From contig JALUTW010000341.1 of the NCBI GenBank assembly GCA_027021685.1, forward strand, positions 1-32,855: a DNA stretch of 32,855 nucleotides. The letters are read 5' to 3'. Both the position numbers and the translations under genes were made by a program. Below, in pieces: positions 10,305-18,402 of this stretch. This DNA is from Chromatiales bacterium (lineage in GTDB: Bacteria > Pseudomonadota > Gammaproteobacteria > CAMYNG01). Numbering within the stretch: position 1 is the first letter of the stretch; the number at the start of each line of letters is the position of its first letter. The notes beneath the pieces were generated by a model. It did no database searches, had not been told where the DNA came from, and saw nothing but the letters and a program-made list of their open reading frames with translations.

Positions 10305-11331
10305 ACCCCGCCACAGTTCGCCCCACCTGGCCCCGGTGGGCAACGTCGGCCGGCTCATGTTCGCGGTGGTGGCGGCGCTGGTGCCGGGCACGGCCGCCGC
10401 GGCCTGGTTCTTCGGCCCCGGGGTGCTGGTCAACATGGCCTGGTGCGCGGCCACCGCCCTGGCGGCGGAGGCGGCGGTGCTCCGGCTGCGGCAGCGGCCG
10501 GTGCGTCCGGCCCTGGCCGACGGCAGCGCCCTGGTCACCGCCCTGCTGCTGGGCCTGGCCCTGCCGCCGCTGGCGCCGTGGTGGCTGCCGGTCATCGGCG
10601 CCGCCTTCGCCATCGTCGTGGCCAAGCATCTCTACGGCGGCCTCGGCTACAACCCCTTCAACCCGGCCATGGCGGGCTACGCCCTGCTGCTGGTGTCCTT
10701 TCCCCGCGAGATGGTGGCCTGGCTGCCGCCGGGCGACGGCGGCCTGGACCTGTCCGCGGTGCTGCACTACAGCCTCGCCGGCACGCTGCCCCCGGGCGCC
10801 ACCCTCGACGCCCTGACCCAGGCCACCCCGCTGGACACCCTGCGCACCCAGATCGGGCTGGGCCGGCCGGTGGCCGAGGCCATGGCGTCGCGGCCCGACC
10901 TGTTCGCCCGCGTGGGCGGTGTGGGCTGGGTCTGGATCAACGGCCTGTTCCTGCTGGGCGGACTGTGGCTGCTGTGGCGCCGCATCGCCGCCTGGCAGAT
11001 CCCCGCCGCCATGCTGGGCGCCCTGGGGCTGCTGGCCCTGGTGTTCTGGCTGCTGGACCCGGCGCGCCATGCGCCGCCCCTGTTCCACCTGTTCTCGGGC
11101 GCCACCATGCTGGGCGCCTTCTTCATCGCCACCGACCCGGTCACCGCCTCCACCACCCCGCGCGGGCGGCTCGTCTACGGCGCCGGCATCGGCGTACTGA
11201 TCTATGTCATCCGCACCTGGGGCGGATATCCCGACGGGGTGGCCTTCGCCGTGCTGCTCATGAACATGGCGGTCCCCACTATCGACCACTACACCCGGCC
11301 ACGGGTGTTCGGCGAGGAGAAAGGGCGGTGA
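10294..11331 (+). CDS. rnfD: Rnf complex subunit D (FMN-linked membrane subunit)
   Basis: A polytopic membrane protein with ...FFIATDPVTASTTPRGRLVYG..., the RnfD/NqrB flavinylation region. It overlaps the rnfC end by 11 nt. Confidence 0.95.
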   Translation: MRFEPRHSSPHLAPVGNVGRLMFAVVAALVPGTAAAAWFFGPGVLVNMAWCAATALAAEAAVLRLRQRPVRPALADGSALVTALLLGLALPPLAPWWLPVIGAAFAIVVAKHLYGGLGYNPFNPAMAGYALLLVSFPREMVAWLPPGDGGLDLSAVLHYSLAGTLPPGATLDALTQATPLDTLRTQIGLGRPVAEAMASRPDLFARVGGVGWVWINGLFLLGGLWLLWRRIAAWQIPAAMLGALGLLALVFWLLDPARHAPPLFHLFSGATMLGAFFIATDPVTASTTPRGRLVYGAGIGVLIYVIRTWGGYPDGVAFAVLLMNMAVPTIDHYTRPRVFGEEKGR

Positions 11332-11978
11332 ACGCGGTCCTGCGCAACATGATCGTGAGCGCAGTGCTGCTGGGCCTGTTCGCGGTCATCGCCGCCGCCC
11401 TGCTGGCCTGGACCCACGAGGCCACCGCCCCGCGCATCGCCGAGAACCAGCGCCAGGCGGTGCTGCGCCAGCTCCACGCCCTGGTGCCGCCCGCCAGTCA
11501 CGACAACGACCTGTTCACGGATGTCACCCATGTCCGCGCGCCCCGGGCACTGGGGAGCGATGAGCCGTTGCCGGTCTATCGCGCCCGCCGCGGCGGCCGG
11601 CCGGTGGCGCTGGTGCTCACCGCCATCGCGCCCGACGGCTACAATGGTACAATCCGCCTGCTGGTGGCGGTGCGCCATGACGGCACCCTGCTGGGTGTGC
11701 GGGTGGTGGACCACCGCGAGACCCCCGGCCTGGGCGACGCCATCGACGAGCGCAAGTCGGACTGGATCCTGGGCTTCGCCGGCAAGTCGCTCGCGGATCC
11801 CCCGCCGGAGCAGTGGCGGGTGAAGCGCGACGGCGGCGTGTTCGACCAGTTCACCGGCGCCACCATCACCCCGCGCGCCGTGGTGGCCGCGGTGCGGCGG
11901 GCGCTCGAGTACTTTCAGCACCACCGGGACGAGCTGTTCGCCGCCCCGGCCGTGACCGAGGACAGCGCGCACCCATGA
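11328..11978 (+). CDS. rnfG: Rnf complex subunit G (FMN-binding)
   Basis: A GTG at 11328 overlaps the rnfD stop (GTGA). It has an N-terminal TM anchor and the FMN-attachment motif [14 protein letters not shown]. Confidence 0.9.
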   Translation: MNAVLRNMIVSAVLLGLFAVIAAALLAWTHEATAPRIAENQRQAVLRQLHALVPPASHDNDLFTDVTHVRAPRALGSDEPLPVYRARRGGRPVALVLTAIAPDGYNGTIRLLVAVRHDGTLLGVRVVDHRETPGLGDAIDERKSDWILGFAGKSLADPPPEQWRVKRDGGVFDQFTGATITPRAVVAAVRRALEYFQHHRDELFAAPAVTEDSAHP

Positions 11979-12667
11979 ACCGGGGACCATACGGCGAGAT
12001 CGCCTACCAGGGCCTGTGGGGCAACAATCCGGCCTTCGTGCAGATCCTCGGCCTGTGCCCGCTGCTGGCGGTGACCAGCACCGTGGTCAACGCCCTGGGC
12101 CTGGGCCTGGCCACCACCCTGACGCTCATCGCCTCCAATGTCATCGTTTCCGCCATCCGCCAGTGGGTGCGGCCGGAGATCCGGATCCCGGTCTTCGTCA
12201 TGATCATCGCTGCCGTGGTCACCGCCATCGAGATGGCCATGAAGGCCTGGTTCTTCGATCTCTACAACATCCTGGGCATCTTCATCCCCCTCATCGTCAC
12301 CAACTGCACCATCATCGCCCGCGCCGAGGCCTTCGCCTCCAAGCACCCGGTGGGGCAGTCCCTGGCCGACGGCCTGTTCATGGGCCTGGGCTTCACCGGG
12401 GTGCTGCTGCTGCTGGGCGCCATGCGCGAGATGCTGGGCTTCGGCACCCTGTTCTCCCAGGCCCACCTCATGTTCGGCGAGGCCCTGCGCGACGTGGCAT
12501 TGACCGTGATCCCCGACTACCGCGGCTTCCTGCTGGCCATCCTGCCGCCGGGGGCCTTCATCGGCCTGGGCCTGCTCATCGCGCTCAAGAACATCATCGA
12601 CGCCCGGCTGGAGCGCCGGCGCCGTCCGGTGCCCGTCACCGGACCGGCCCCGGCCCACGGCCACTGA
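11975..12667 (+). CDS. rnfE: Rnf complex subunit E
   Basis: An ATG at 11975 overlaps the rnfG stop (ATGA). The N-terminus [21 protein letters not shown] is typical of RnfE/RsxE. Confidence 0.95.
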   Translation: MNRGPYGEIAYQGLWGNNPAFVQILGLCPLLAVTSTVVNALGLGLATTLTLIASNVIVSAIRQWVRPEIRIPVFVMIIAAVVTAIEMAMKAWFFDLYNILGIFIPLIVTNCTIIARAEAFASKHPVGQSLADGLFMGLGFTGVLLLLGAMREMLGFGTLFSQAHLMFGEALRDVALTVIPDYRGFLLAILPPGAFIGLGLLIALKNIIDARLERRRRPVPVTGPAPAHGH

Positions 12668-12710
12668 ACCCCGGCCCCGGGGCGGCCGGGAGGAGAGCGG
12701 AACCGCGCGC

Positions 12711-13346
12711 GTGGACAAGAAGAAGATCAACGAAATCTTCCGCCGCCTGAAAAAGGCCAACCCCGCCCCCACCACGGAGCTCAAGTACCGCACCCCTTTC
12801 CAGCTCCTCATCGCCGTGATCCTGTCGGCCCAGGCCACCGACCGCAGCGTCAACCAGGCCACGCGCGAGCTGTTCAAGGTGGCGCCCACGCCGCAGAAGA
12901 TGCTGGCCCTGGGCGAGGCGGGACTGAAGCGCTACATCAGGACCATCGGCCTGTTCAACACCAAGGCCCGCAACATCATCAGGACCTGCCGCATCCTGCT
13001 GGACAAGTACAACGGTCGCGTGCCCCGCGACCGCAAGGCCCTGGAGGCCCTGCCCGGCGTGGGCCGCAAGACCGCCAACGTCATCCTCAACACCGCCTTC
13101 GGCGAACCCACCATCGCCGTGGATACCCACATCTTCCGCGTCGCCAACCGCACCGGCCTGGCCCCGGGCAAGACCCCGCTGGCGGTGGAGCGGGCACTGC
13201 TCAAGGTGGTGCCCGAACAATACAAAAAGGACGCCCATCACTGGCTCATCCTCCACGGGCGTTACACCTGTCTCGCCCGCAAGCCCCGCTGCGGGTCCTG
13301 TGTCATCGAAGACCTGTGCGAGTACCCGGACAAGGTGTACGACTGA
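12711..13346 (+). CDS. nth: Endonuclease III
   Basis: It has the HhH-GPD signature (LPGVGRKTANVILN) and a C-terminal 4Fe-4S Cys ligand set (CLARKPRCGSCVIEDLC). It starts at a GTG and follows rnfE as in the E. coli rsx-nth operon. Confidence 0.95.
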   Translation: MDKKKINEIFRRLKKANPAPTTELKYRTPFQLLIAVILSAQATDRSVNQATRELFKVAPTPQKMLALGEAGLKRYIRTIGLFNTKARNIIRTCRILLDKYNGRVPRDRKALEALPGVGRKTANVILNTAFGEPTIAVDTHIFRVANRTGLAPGKTPLAVERALLKVVPEQYKKDAHHWLILHGRYTCLARKPRCGSCVIEDLCEYPDKVYD

Positions 13347-13725
13347 ATCCCGCCGGGTTTCTGCACCAGAAGGGCCCGTCATCCTCGCCCCGCCCCCGGC
13401 ACCAGCGCCGGAACCCCCGCCCGTCCCCCGATGACCTATTCATGGCCCGGTTTGTGGAAATGGGTCACACATTTTCCGCGGAATGAAATGGATCTCCGAT
13501 CAACCGGGTCTGTATACTCTGGGCGGTCCTGTTCCCATGGGATGCCGGCGCCAAGAAACCGGCACGGGAAGAACCACCGTCGCAATCGCAGTGTTCGGGA
13601 TGAAACTTTATTCCGCTGCCCGGGTCAGACGCCCCAGGTGACGGGATGACCGCTCCTCATTCACCGACCACAAGCACAACAAGGGCTGCGGCCCGTTTTT
13701 TACAACTCGCTATGGAGGCAAGTTC

Positions 13726-14070
13726 ATGTCCAACAAGACCAGCAAGACCCTGACCCTCGCCATGGGGACCGCGTTCGCCGCCGGCCTGGCGGCCAGCAAC
13801 GTGGCCAGCGCCGCCGAGGCCGGCGCCAACCCCTTCGCCCTCAACGAGCTGCCCGGCGGCTACATGCAGCTGGCCGGCAAGGAAGGACAGTGCGGCGAAG
13901 GCAAGTGCGGCGCCGGCAAGAAGGCCAGCGCCAAGTCGAAGGAAGGCCGCTGCGGTGAAGGCAAGTGCGGCGAGGGCAAGTGCGGCGCCGGCAACAAGGC
14001 CAAGGCCGAAGACAAGGCCAAGCAGGAAGGCAAGTGCGGCGAGGGCAAGTGCGGCAACATGAAGAAGTGA
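13726..14070 (+). CDS. hvfA: Sec-exported RiPP precursor with seven EG[KQR]CG motifs (HvfA/oxazolin-like metallophore precursor)
   Basis: A strong SD (GGAGG, 13714-13718) lies 7 nt before the ATG. The signal peptide is [29 protein letters not shown]|AE. The mature part is K/G/A/E-rich with Cys at residues 56, 61, 76, 81, 86, 104 and 109, all in EGxCG. It sits directly upstream of the DUF692 and DUF2063 genes. Confidence 0.85.
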   Translation: MSNKTSKTLTLAMGTAFAAGLAASNVASAAEAGANPFALNELPGGYMQLAGKEGQCGEGKCGAGKKASAKSKEGRCGEGKCGEGKCGAGNKAKAEDKAKQEGKCGEGKCGNMKK

Positions 14071-14077
14071 GCCGCGC

Positions 14078-14947
14078 ATGACCGAACGTACCGTGAACCA
14101 TCCGGTTCACGGCGCCGGGCTGGGACTGCGGCGGGCCCTCATGGGTCCGCTCGCAGGCCGGCCCACCCCCCAGGTGGACTTCTGGGAGGTGGCGCCCGAG
14201 AACTGGATCGGCGTCGGCGGCCGCTACGGGCGCTGGTTCCGCCAGATGACCGAGCGGCACCCCTTCATCTGCCATGGCCTGTCCCTGTCCATCGGCGGGC
14301 CCACCCCCCTGGACGAGGCCTTCCTGCGGCGGCTCAAGCGCTTCCTGCACGAGCACGGCATCCGCTGCTACAGCGAGCACCTGAGCTACTGCAGCGACGA
14401 CGGCCACCTCTACGACCTGCTGCCCATTCCCTTCACCGAGGAGGCGGTCCGTTACGTGTCCGCGCGCATCCGCCGGGTGCAGGACATCCTGGAGCAGCGC
14501 ATCGCCATGGAGAACGTCTCCTATTACACCGTCGCTCCCGGCAGCGAGATGTCCGAGATCGACTTCATCAACGCGGTGCTGGAGGAGGCCGACTGCGACC
14601 TGCTGCTGGACGTCAACAACATCTACGTCAACAGCGTCAACCACCGCTACGACGCCGAGGCGTTCCTCAACGCCCTGCCAGGCGAGCGCATCGTCTACAT
14701 CCACGTGGCCGGCCACTACTACGAGGCCGACGATCTCATCGTGGACACCCATGGCGCCGACGTCATCGATCCCGTGTGGGCCCTGCTGGAGAAGGCCTAC
14801 GCCCGCTTCGGTGTCATCCCCACGCTGCTGGAACGCGACTTCAACCTGCCGCCCCTGGACGAACTGCTGCAGGAAGTGGACATGATCGCCCGCCTGCAGC
14901 ACAAGTGGGAGGAGAACACCCGTGACGCACTCCGCCGGCAAGGCTGA
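14078..14947 (+). CDS. hvfB: DUF692/MbnB-family multinuclear non-haem iron oxidase (MNIO), RiPP maturase
   Basis: A 289-aa protein whose layout I recognise as DUF692 (GLGLRR..., ...FWEVAPENW..., [24 protein letters not shown]...HVAGH). It starts 7 nt after the precursor stop. Confidence 0.88.
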   Translation: MTERTVNHPVHGAGLGLRRALMGPLAGRPTPQVDFWEVAPENWIGVGGRYGRWFRQMTERHPFICHGLSLSIGGPTPLDEAFLRRLKRFLHEHGIRCYSEHLSYCSDDGHLYDLLPIPFTEEAVRYVSARIRRVQDILEQRIAMENVSYYTVAPGSEMSEIDFINAVLEEADCDLLLDVNNIYVNSVNHRYDAEAFLNALPGERIVYIHVAGHYYEADDLIVDTHGADVIDPVWALLEKAYARFGVIPTLLERDFNLPPLDELLQEVDMIARLQHKWEENTRDALRRQG

Positions 14948-15704
14948 GCGGCCGGCCTTCACGGCCCACCAGTACGCCTTCACCGCCCACATCCGCGACC
15001 CGGAGCGCCACCCGCGGCCGCCCGGCGTGGAGGCCCGGCGCATGAACATCTACGTGGAGCTGTTCTACAACAACGTGGAAGACTTCATGGCCTCCTCGTA
15101 TCCCGTGCTGCGCTCCATCACGCCGGACGAACGCTGGCACGCCATGATCCGGGACTACTTCGCCCGCCACCGGGCCACCACGCCCCTGTTTCCGGAGATG
15201 CCGCGCGAGTTCCTCCACTACCTGGAACACGAGCGCGCGCCGGACCCGGAAGATCCGCCCTTCCTGCTGGAGCTGGCCCACTACGAGTGGGTGGAGCTGG
15301 CCCTGGCCATGGCCGATGACGAGCCGGTGCCGCCGGGCGTGGATCGCGACGGTGACCTGCTCTCGGGCCGGCCGGTGCTCTCGCCCCTGGCCTGGCCCCT
15401 GGCCTACCGCTACCCCGTGCACCGCATCGGGCCCGACTTCCAGCCGGCGGAGGAAGGCACCGCCCCCACCTTCCTGCTGGTCTACCGCGATGCCGGGGAC
15501 GAGGTGCACTTTCTCGAGATCAACCCCGTCACCGCACGCCTGCTGGAGCTGGTACAGGAAGAGAGCGGCCGCAGCGGGCGAGAGTTGTTGGAACGGATCG
15601 CCGCCGAACTGGGCCACGCCGATCCCGCCGCCGTCGTTCAGGGGGGGCTGGAGATCCTGGAGGACCTGCGCGACCGCGGCGCCATTGCCGGGGTGCGCGG
15701 CTGA
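14922..15704 (+). CDS. hvfC: DUF2063-family partner protein (MbnC/HvfC/BufC-like RiPP recognition/chaperone subunit)
   Basis: A GTG at 14922 is preceded by GGGAGGAG (14907-14914) and overlaps the MNIO gene by 26 nt. The N-terminal region ([12 protein letters not shown]..., [20 protein letters not shown]) matches my memory of DUF2063 proteins, which always pair with DUF692. Confidence 0.82.
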   Translation: MTHSAGKAERPAFTAHQYAFTAHIRDPERHPRPPGVEARRMNIYVELFYNNVEDFMASSYPVLRSITPDERWHAMIRDYFARHRATTPLFPEMPREFLHYLEHERAPDPEDPPFLLELAHYEWVELALAMADDEPVPPGVDRDGDLLSGRPVLSPLAWPLAYRYPVHRIGPDFQPAEEGTAPTFLLVYRDAGDEVHFLEINPVTARLLELVQEESGRSGRELLERIAAELGHADPAAVVQGGLEILEDLRDRGAIAGVRG

Positions 15705-15734
15705 CGCCACCGCCGACGGGAAGGACACACCGCC

Positions 15735-16361
15735 ATGCGCATCGTGCTGCGCCTGCAGGACCTGCTGGACCGCACCCGCGTCGCCGACTTCGTCGCGCTG
15801 CTGCTGTTGCGCATCTACCTGGCGCCCATCTTCATTCAGGCCGGCTGGGGCAAGCTCACCCACCTGGAGGACACCGCGGCCTGGTTCGGCAACCCCGACT
15901 GGGGCCTGGGCCTGCCGACACCCATGCTCATGGCCGTGCTCGCCGGCGCCGCCGAGTTCTTCGGCGGCATTGCGCTGCTGGTGGGCCTCGCCACGCGCTG
16001 GTTCGCCATCCCCCTCATGGTCACCATGGTGGTGGCGGCGGCCACCGCCCACTGGCACAACGGCTGGCACGTGCTGCCCGAGACGCAGCTGACCGTGCCC
16101 TGGGAGTGGCGCAAGGACAAGATCGAGGCCGCCATCGAGCGGCGCGACCGGGCGCGCGAAATCCTGCGCGAGCATGGCAACTATGAATGGCTGACCGAGG
16201 CCGGCCCCATCACCGTCCTCAAGAACGGGATCGAGTTCGCCGCCACCTATTTCCTCATGCTGCTGGTGCTGTTCTTCTTCGGCGCCGGACGCTGGCTGAG
16301 CATCGACTACTGGATGGCACGCCACTTCGGCCGCATTCGCGCCGGTCCCGCCGCCGGGTGA
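15735..16361 (+). CDS. DoxX-family membrane protein with a His-rich inserted loop (TAHWHNGWH)
   Basis: A DoxX-like 4-TM pattern (RIYLAPIFIQAGWGKL..., AEFFGGIALLVGLATRW...) with a roughly 60-aa soluble insertion before the last TM. It is co-directional, 30 nt after the DUF2063 gene. Confidence 0.85.
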   Translation: MRIVLRLQDLLDRTRVADFVALLLLRIYLAPIFIQAGWGKLTHLEDTAAWFGNPDWGLGLPTPMLMAVLAGAAEFFGGIALLVGLATRWFAIPLMVTMVVAAATAHWHNGWHVLPETQLTVPWEWRKDKIEAAIERRDRAREILREHGNYEWLTEAGPITVLKNGIEFAATYFLMLLVLFFFGAGRWLSIDYWMARHFGRIRAGPAAG

Positions 16362-16417
16362 CGGCTTGCAGGCGCGCCCGGAATGGCCACCGGCAAACGC
16401 CGGCGTATAATGCCTCC

Positions 16418-16846
16418 ATGGCCGAGCCCATCGTCATCGACGCCGAGGTCTGCAACGGCAGCCCCCGGCTCAACGGCACCTCCCTCACGGTGTACGAGAT
16501 CGTCGCCGCCTGCGACGAGATCGGCCGCCGGGCTTTCTTGCGCGAATATCCCGAGGTGGAGCCGGACGACCTCGACGCCGCAATCGACTTCTGCCGCACA
16601 CGCCGCTGCGACGGTGTCGGGGCCCACTGCGACGGCTGCAGCCTGCGCGCCGCCGACGACGGCCTGCACTCGGTGGCCGACTTCGTGCGCCAGTACCGCG
16701 AGATCCGTTTTCTCGACTCCGACGAGGTCATCGCCAGCCAGGGCGAGGGGATCATCACCCTGCCCGGCACCGCCGCGGACATGGAAGACCACTGGCGGGG
16801 CGAGAACGGCTGGGAAATTGCACGCCGCCTCGGCGGTGCGCCCTGA
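16418..16846 (+). CDS. DUF433-domain protein with a Cys-rich C-terminal extension
   Basis: The N-terminus IVIDAEVCNGSPRLNGTSLTVYEIV...EYPEVEPDDLDAAIDFC fits the DUF433 pattern. It is followed by C-x5-C-x7-C-x2-C (CRTRRCDGVGAHCDGC) and about 70 further residues. The ATG at 16418 lies 6 nt after a TATAAT (16406-16411). Confidence 0.7.
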   Translation: MAEPIVIDAEVCNGSPRLNGTSLTVYEIVAACDEIGRRAFLREYPEVEPDDLDAAIDFCRTRRCDGVGAHCDGCSLRAADDGLHSVADFVRQYREIRFLDSDEVIASQGEGIITLPGTAADMEDHWRGENGWEIARRLGGAP

Positions 16847-16856
16847 TCCGGATCAA
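16843..16856 (+). promoter_or_regulatory. FNR/Dnr/NnrR-type box (CTGAT-CCGG-ATCAA) with a TATATT -10 at 16880-16885, upstream of nnrS
   Basis: It matches TTGAT-N4-ATCAA at 9 of 10 positions; the core TGATCCGGATCA is a perfect palindrome. The box centre at 16849.5 lies about 42.5 bp upstream of the start predicted from the -10, which is class II FNR geometry. Confidence 0.5.
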
Positions 16857-17059
16857 TTGGTTCCCGCCCCGGCGGACGTTATATTTCCGGCACGGAGCAT
16901 TCCTGCGCCCGTTGACGGAGAGCGCGGGAAATCACCTTCATTTTTCATGGACAAAATGGAATGACGGTATTTCCGCCATCGTCCGCCCTGCAGGCCCTTG
17001 AACCCGCAAACGGGTAAAACCGCGCACCAGAACAGAGCACGGAATCACGAACGAGCACC

Positions 17060-18277
17060 ATGTCCACCCCCCTGCCCATGGGAGAACAGTCCCCGCCCAG
17101 GAACCCGGCCTTGCTGCGGCTGGGCTTCCGGCCCTTCTTCGCCGCCGCCGCGCTCTATGCTGTCATCGCCATGGGCCTGTGGTGGTGGCTGCTGGCCGTG
17201 GCCCCACAGGACCTGATCGGCATCCAGGCGCCCGTCATGTGGCACGCCCACGAGATGCTGCTGGGTTATGCCATGGCGGTGGTGGCCGGCTTCCTCCTCA
17301 CCGCGGTGCGCAACTGGACCGGCCTGCCCACCCCGCGCGGGGCCCTGCTGGCTGCGCTTGCCCTCCTCTGGCTGGCCGGGCGGCTGCTGGTCTGGGGCGG
17401 GGATCCGGCGCTGGCCCGGGCCGCGGAATGGATCAACGTGGCCTTTCCCCTGGCCCTGGCCGTCGCCATCGCCGTGCCCATCTGGCGCCGGCGCCAATGG
17501 GTCAACCTGGCCATCTGCGGCAAGGTGGCCCTGCTGGCCCTGGCCGCATGGCTGTTCCACGAGGGCCTGGCCGGGCGGCTCCAGTACGGCAGTTACATGG
17601 GCCGCTACCTGGCCCTGTACACCATCGTCAGCCTCATCTTCATGATGGGCCGGCGGGTGATCCCCTTCTTCATCGAGCGCGGCGTGGACGGCGAGGTCAG
17701 CCTGCGCAACCGCCGCTGGGTGGATCTCTCCAGCCTGGTCCTGTTCCTGGCCTTCACCGCGGTGGAGACCCTCTCCCCCCTGGCCCCCGCTGCCCTGCTC
17801 CCGGCCGGCACCGTGCTCGCCGCCCTTCTCGCCCTGGTCCACGGCCTGCGCCTGTACGACTGGCATACCCCCGGGATCTGGCGCAAGCCGCTGCTGTGGG
17901 TGCTGTACCTGGCCTATGCGTGGCTGGTGGCGGGCCTGGCCCTGCGGGCCCTGGCCCCGCTGGCCGGATGGCCGCTGACCGTGGCCGTGCACGCCTTCGC
18001 CGCCGGCGGCATCGGCATGATGACCCTGGGCATGATGGCCCGGGTGAGCCTCGGCCACACCGGGCGCAACGTCTTCGAACCGCCGCGCAGCGTGGGCTGG
18101 ATGTTCGGCCTGGTCCTCGCCGCCGCCCTGGTGCGCGTGGCCGCCGCCTGGGCCGGCGAGGCCACCCTGGCCCTGATCCAGGCCTCGCAGTTCCTGTGGA
18201 TGGCCGCCTTCGGCCTGTTCGCCGTGGTCTACCTGCCCATGCTGTGGCAGCCGCGGGTGGACGGGGCGGACGGGTGA
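17060..18277 (+). CDS. nnrS: NnrS-family haem/copper membrane protein (NO-stress associated)
   Basis: A 405-aa polytopic protein with the NnrS-typical N-terminus (LLRLGFRPFFAAAALYAV...WHAHEMLLGYAMAVVAGFLLTAVRNWTG). Confidence 0.9.
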   Translation: MSTPLPMGEQSPPRNPALLRLGFRPFFAAAALYAVIAMGLWWWLLAVAPQDLIGIQAPVMWHAHEMLLGYAMAVVAGFLLTAVRNWTGLPTPRGALLAALALLWLAGRLLVWGGDPALARAAEWINVAFPLALAVAIAVPIWRRRQWVNLAICGKVALLALAAWLFHEGLAGRLQYGSYMGRYLALYTIVSLIFMMGRRVIPFFIERGVDGEVSLRNRRWVDLSSLVLFLAFTAVETLSPLAPAALLPAGTVLAALLALVHGLRLYDWHTPGIWRKPLLWVLYLAYAWLVAGLALRALAPLAGWPLTVAVHAFAAGGIGMMTLGMMARVSLGHTGRNVFEPPRSVGWMFGLVLAAALVRVAAAWAGEATLALIQASQFLWMAAFGLFAVVYLPMLWQPRVDGADG

Positions 18278-18290
18278 ACCCCGGCGGCGC

Positions 18291-18330
18291 GCCCCGTCCC
18301 CCGGCCGCCCCGTCCCCCGGCCGCCCCGCC
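18291..18330. repeat. 16-bp direct tandem repeat GCCCCGTCCCCCGGCC x2 plus a partial third copy
   Basis: Read directly (18291-18306 equals 18307-18322). It lies in the convergent spacer after nnrS. Confidence 0.6.
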
Positions 18331-18402
18331 ACTGTCCGGCCCGCTCACCGGTGCCGGCGGACTGCCATTTGCTCCGCGGAAAATCCCGGGTCGGTGCAAC
18401 CT

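Noticed and set aside
8589-10625. 678-aa minus-strand ORF and the 553-aa plus-strand ORF 9155-10816 over rnfC and rnfD
   Set aside because: They are shadow ORFs; the rnfC and rnfD frames are supported by conserved motifs and operon logic.
13431-13649. 72-aa ORF in the nth/precursor spacer
   Set aside because: It has no SD and atypical composition in a lower-GC non-coding-looking region. It more likely falls within the regulatory leader of the RiPP operon.
13876-14061. 15-nt direct DNA repeats that could be mistaken for a tandem-repeat or CRISPR-like array
   Set aside because: The repeats are in frame and encode the EGxCG motifs. There is no repeat-spacer architecture and there are no cas genes.
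13657-14079. Minus-strand ORFs (140 aa; also 13860-14060 and the 3' part of 13841-15049) antisense to the precursor and MNIO genes
   Set aside because: These are Ala/Leu/Gly-repeat translations produced by reading the EGKCG-coding repeats backwards. The forward frame has an SD, a signal peptide and operon context.
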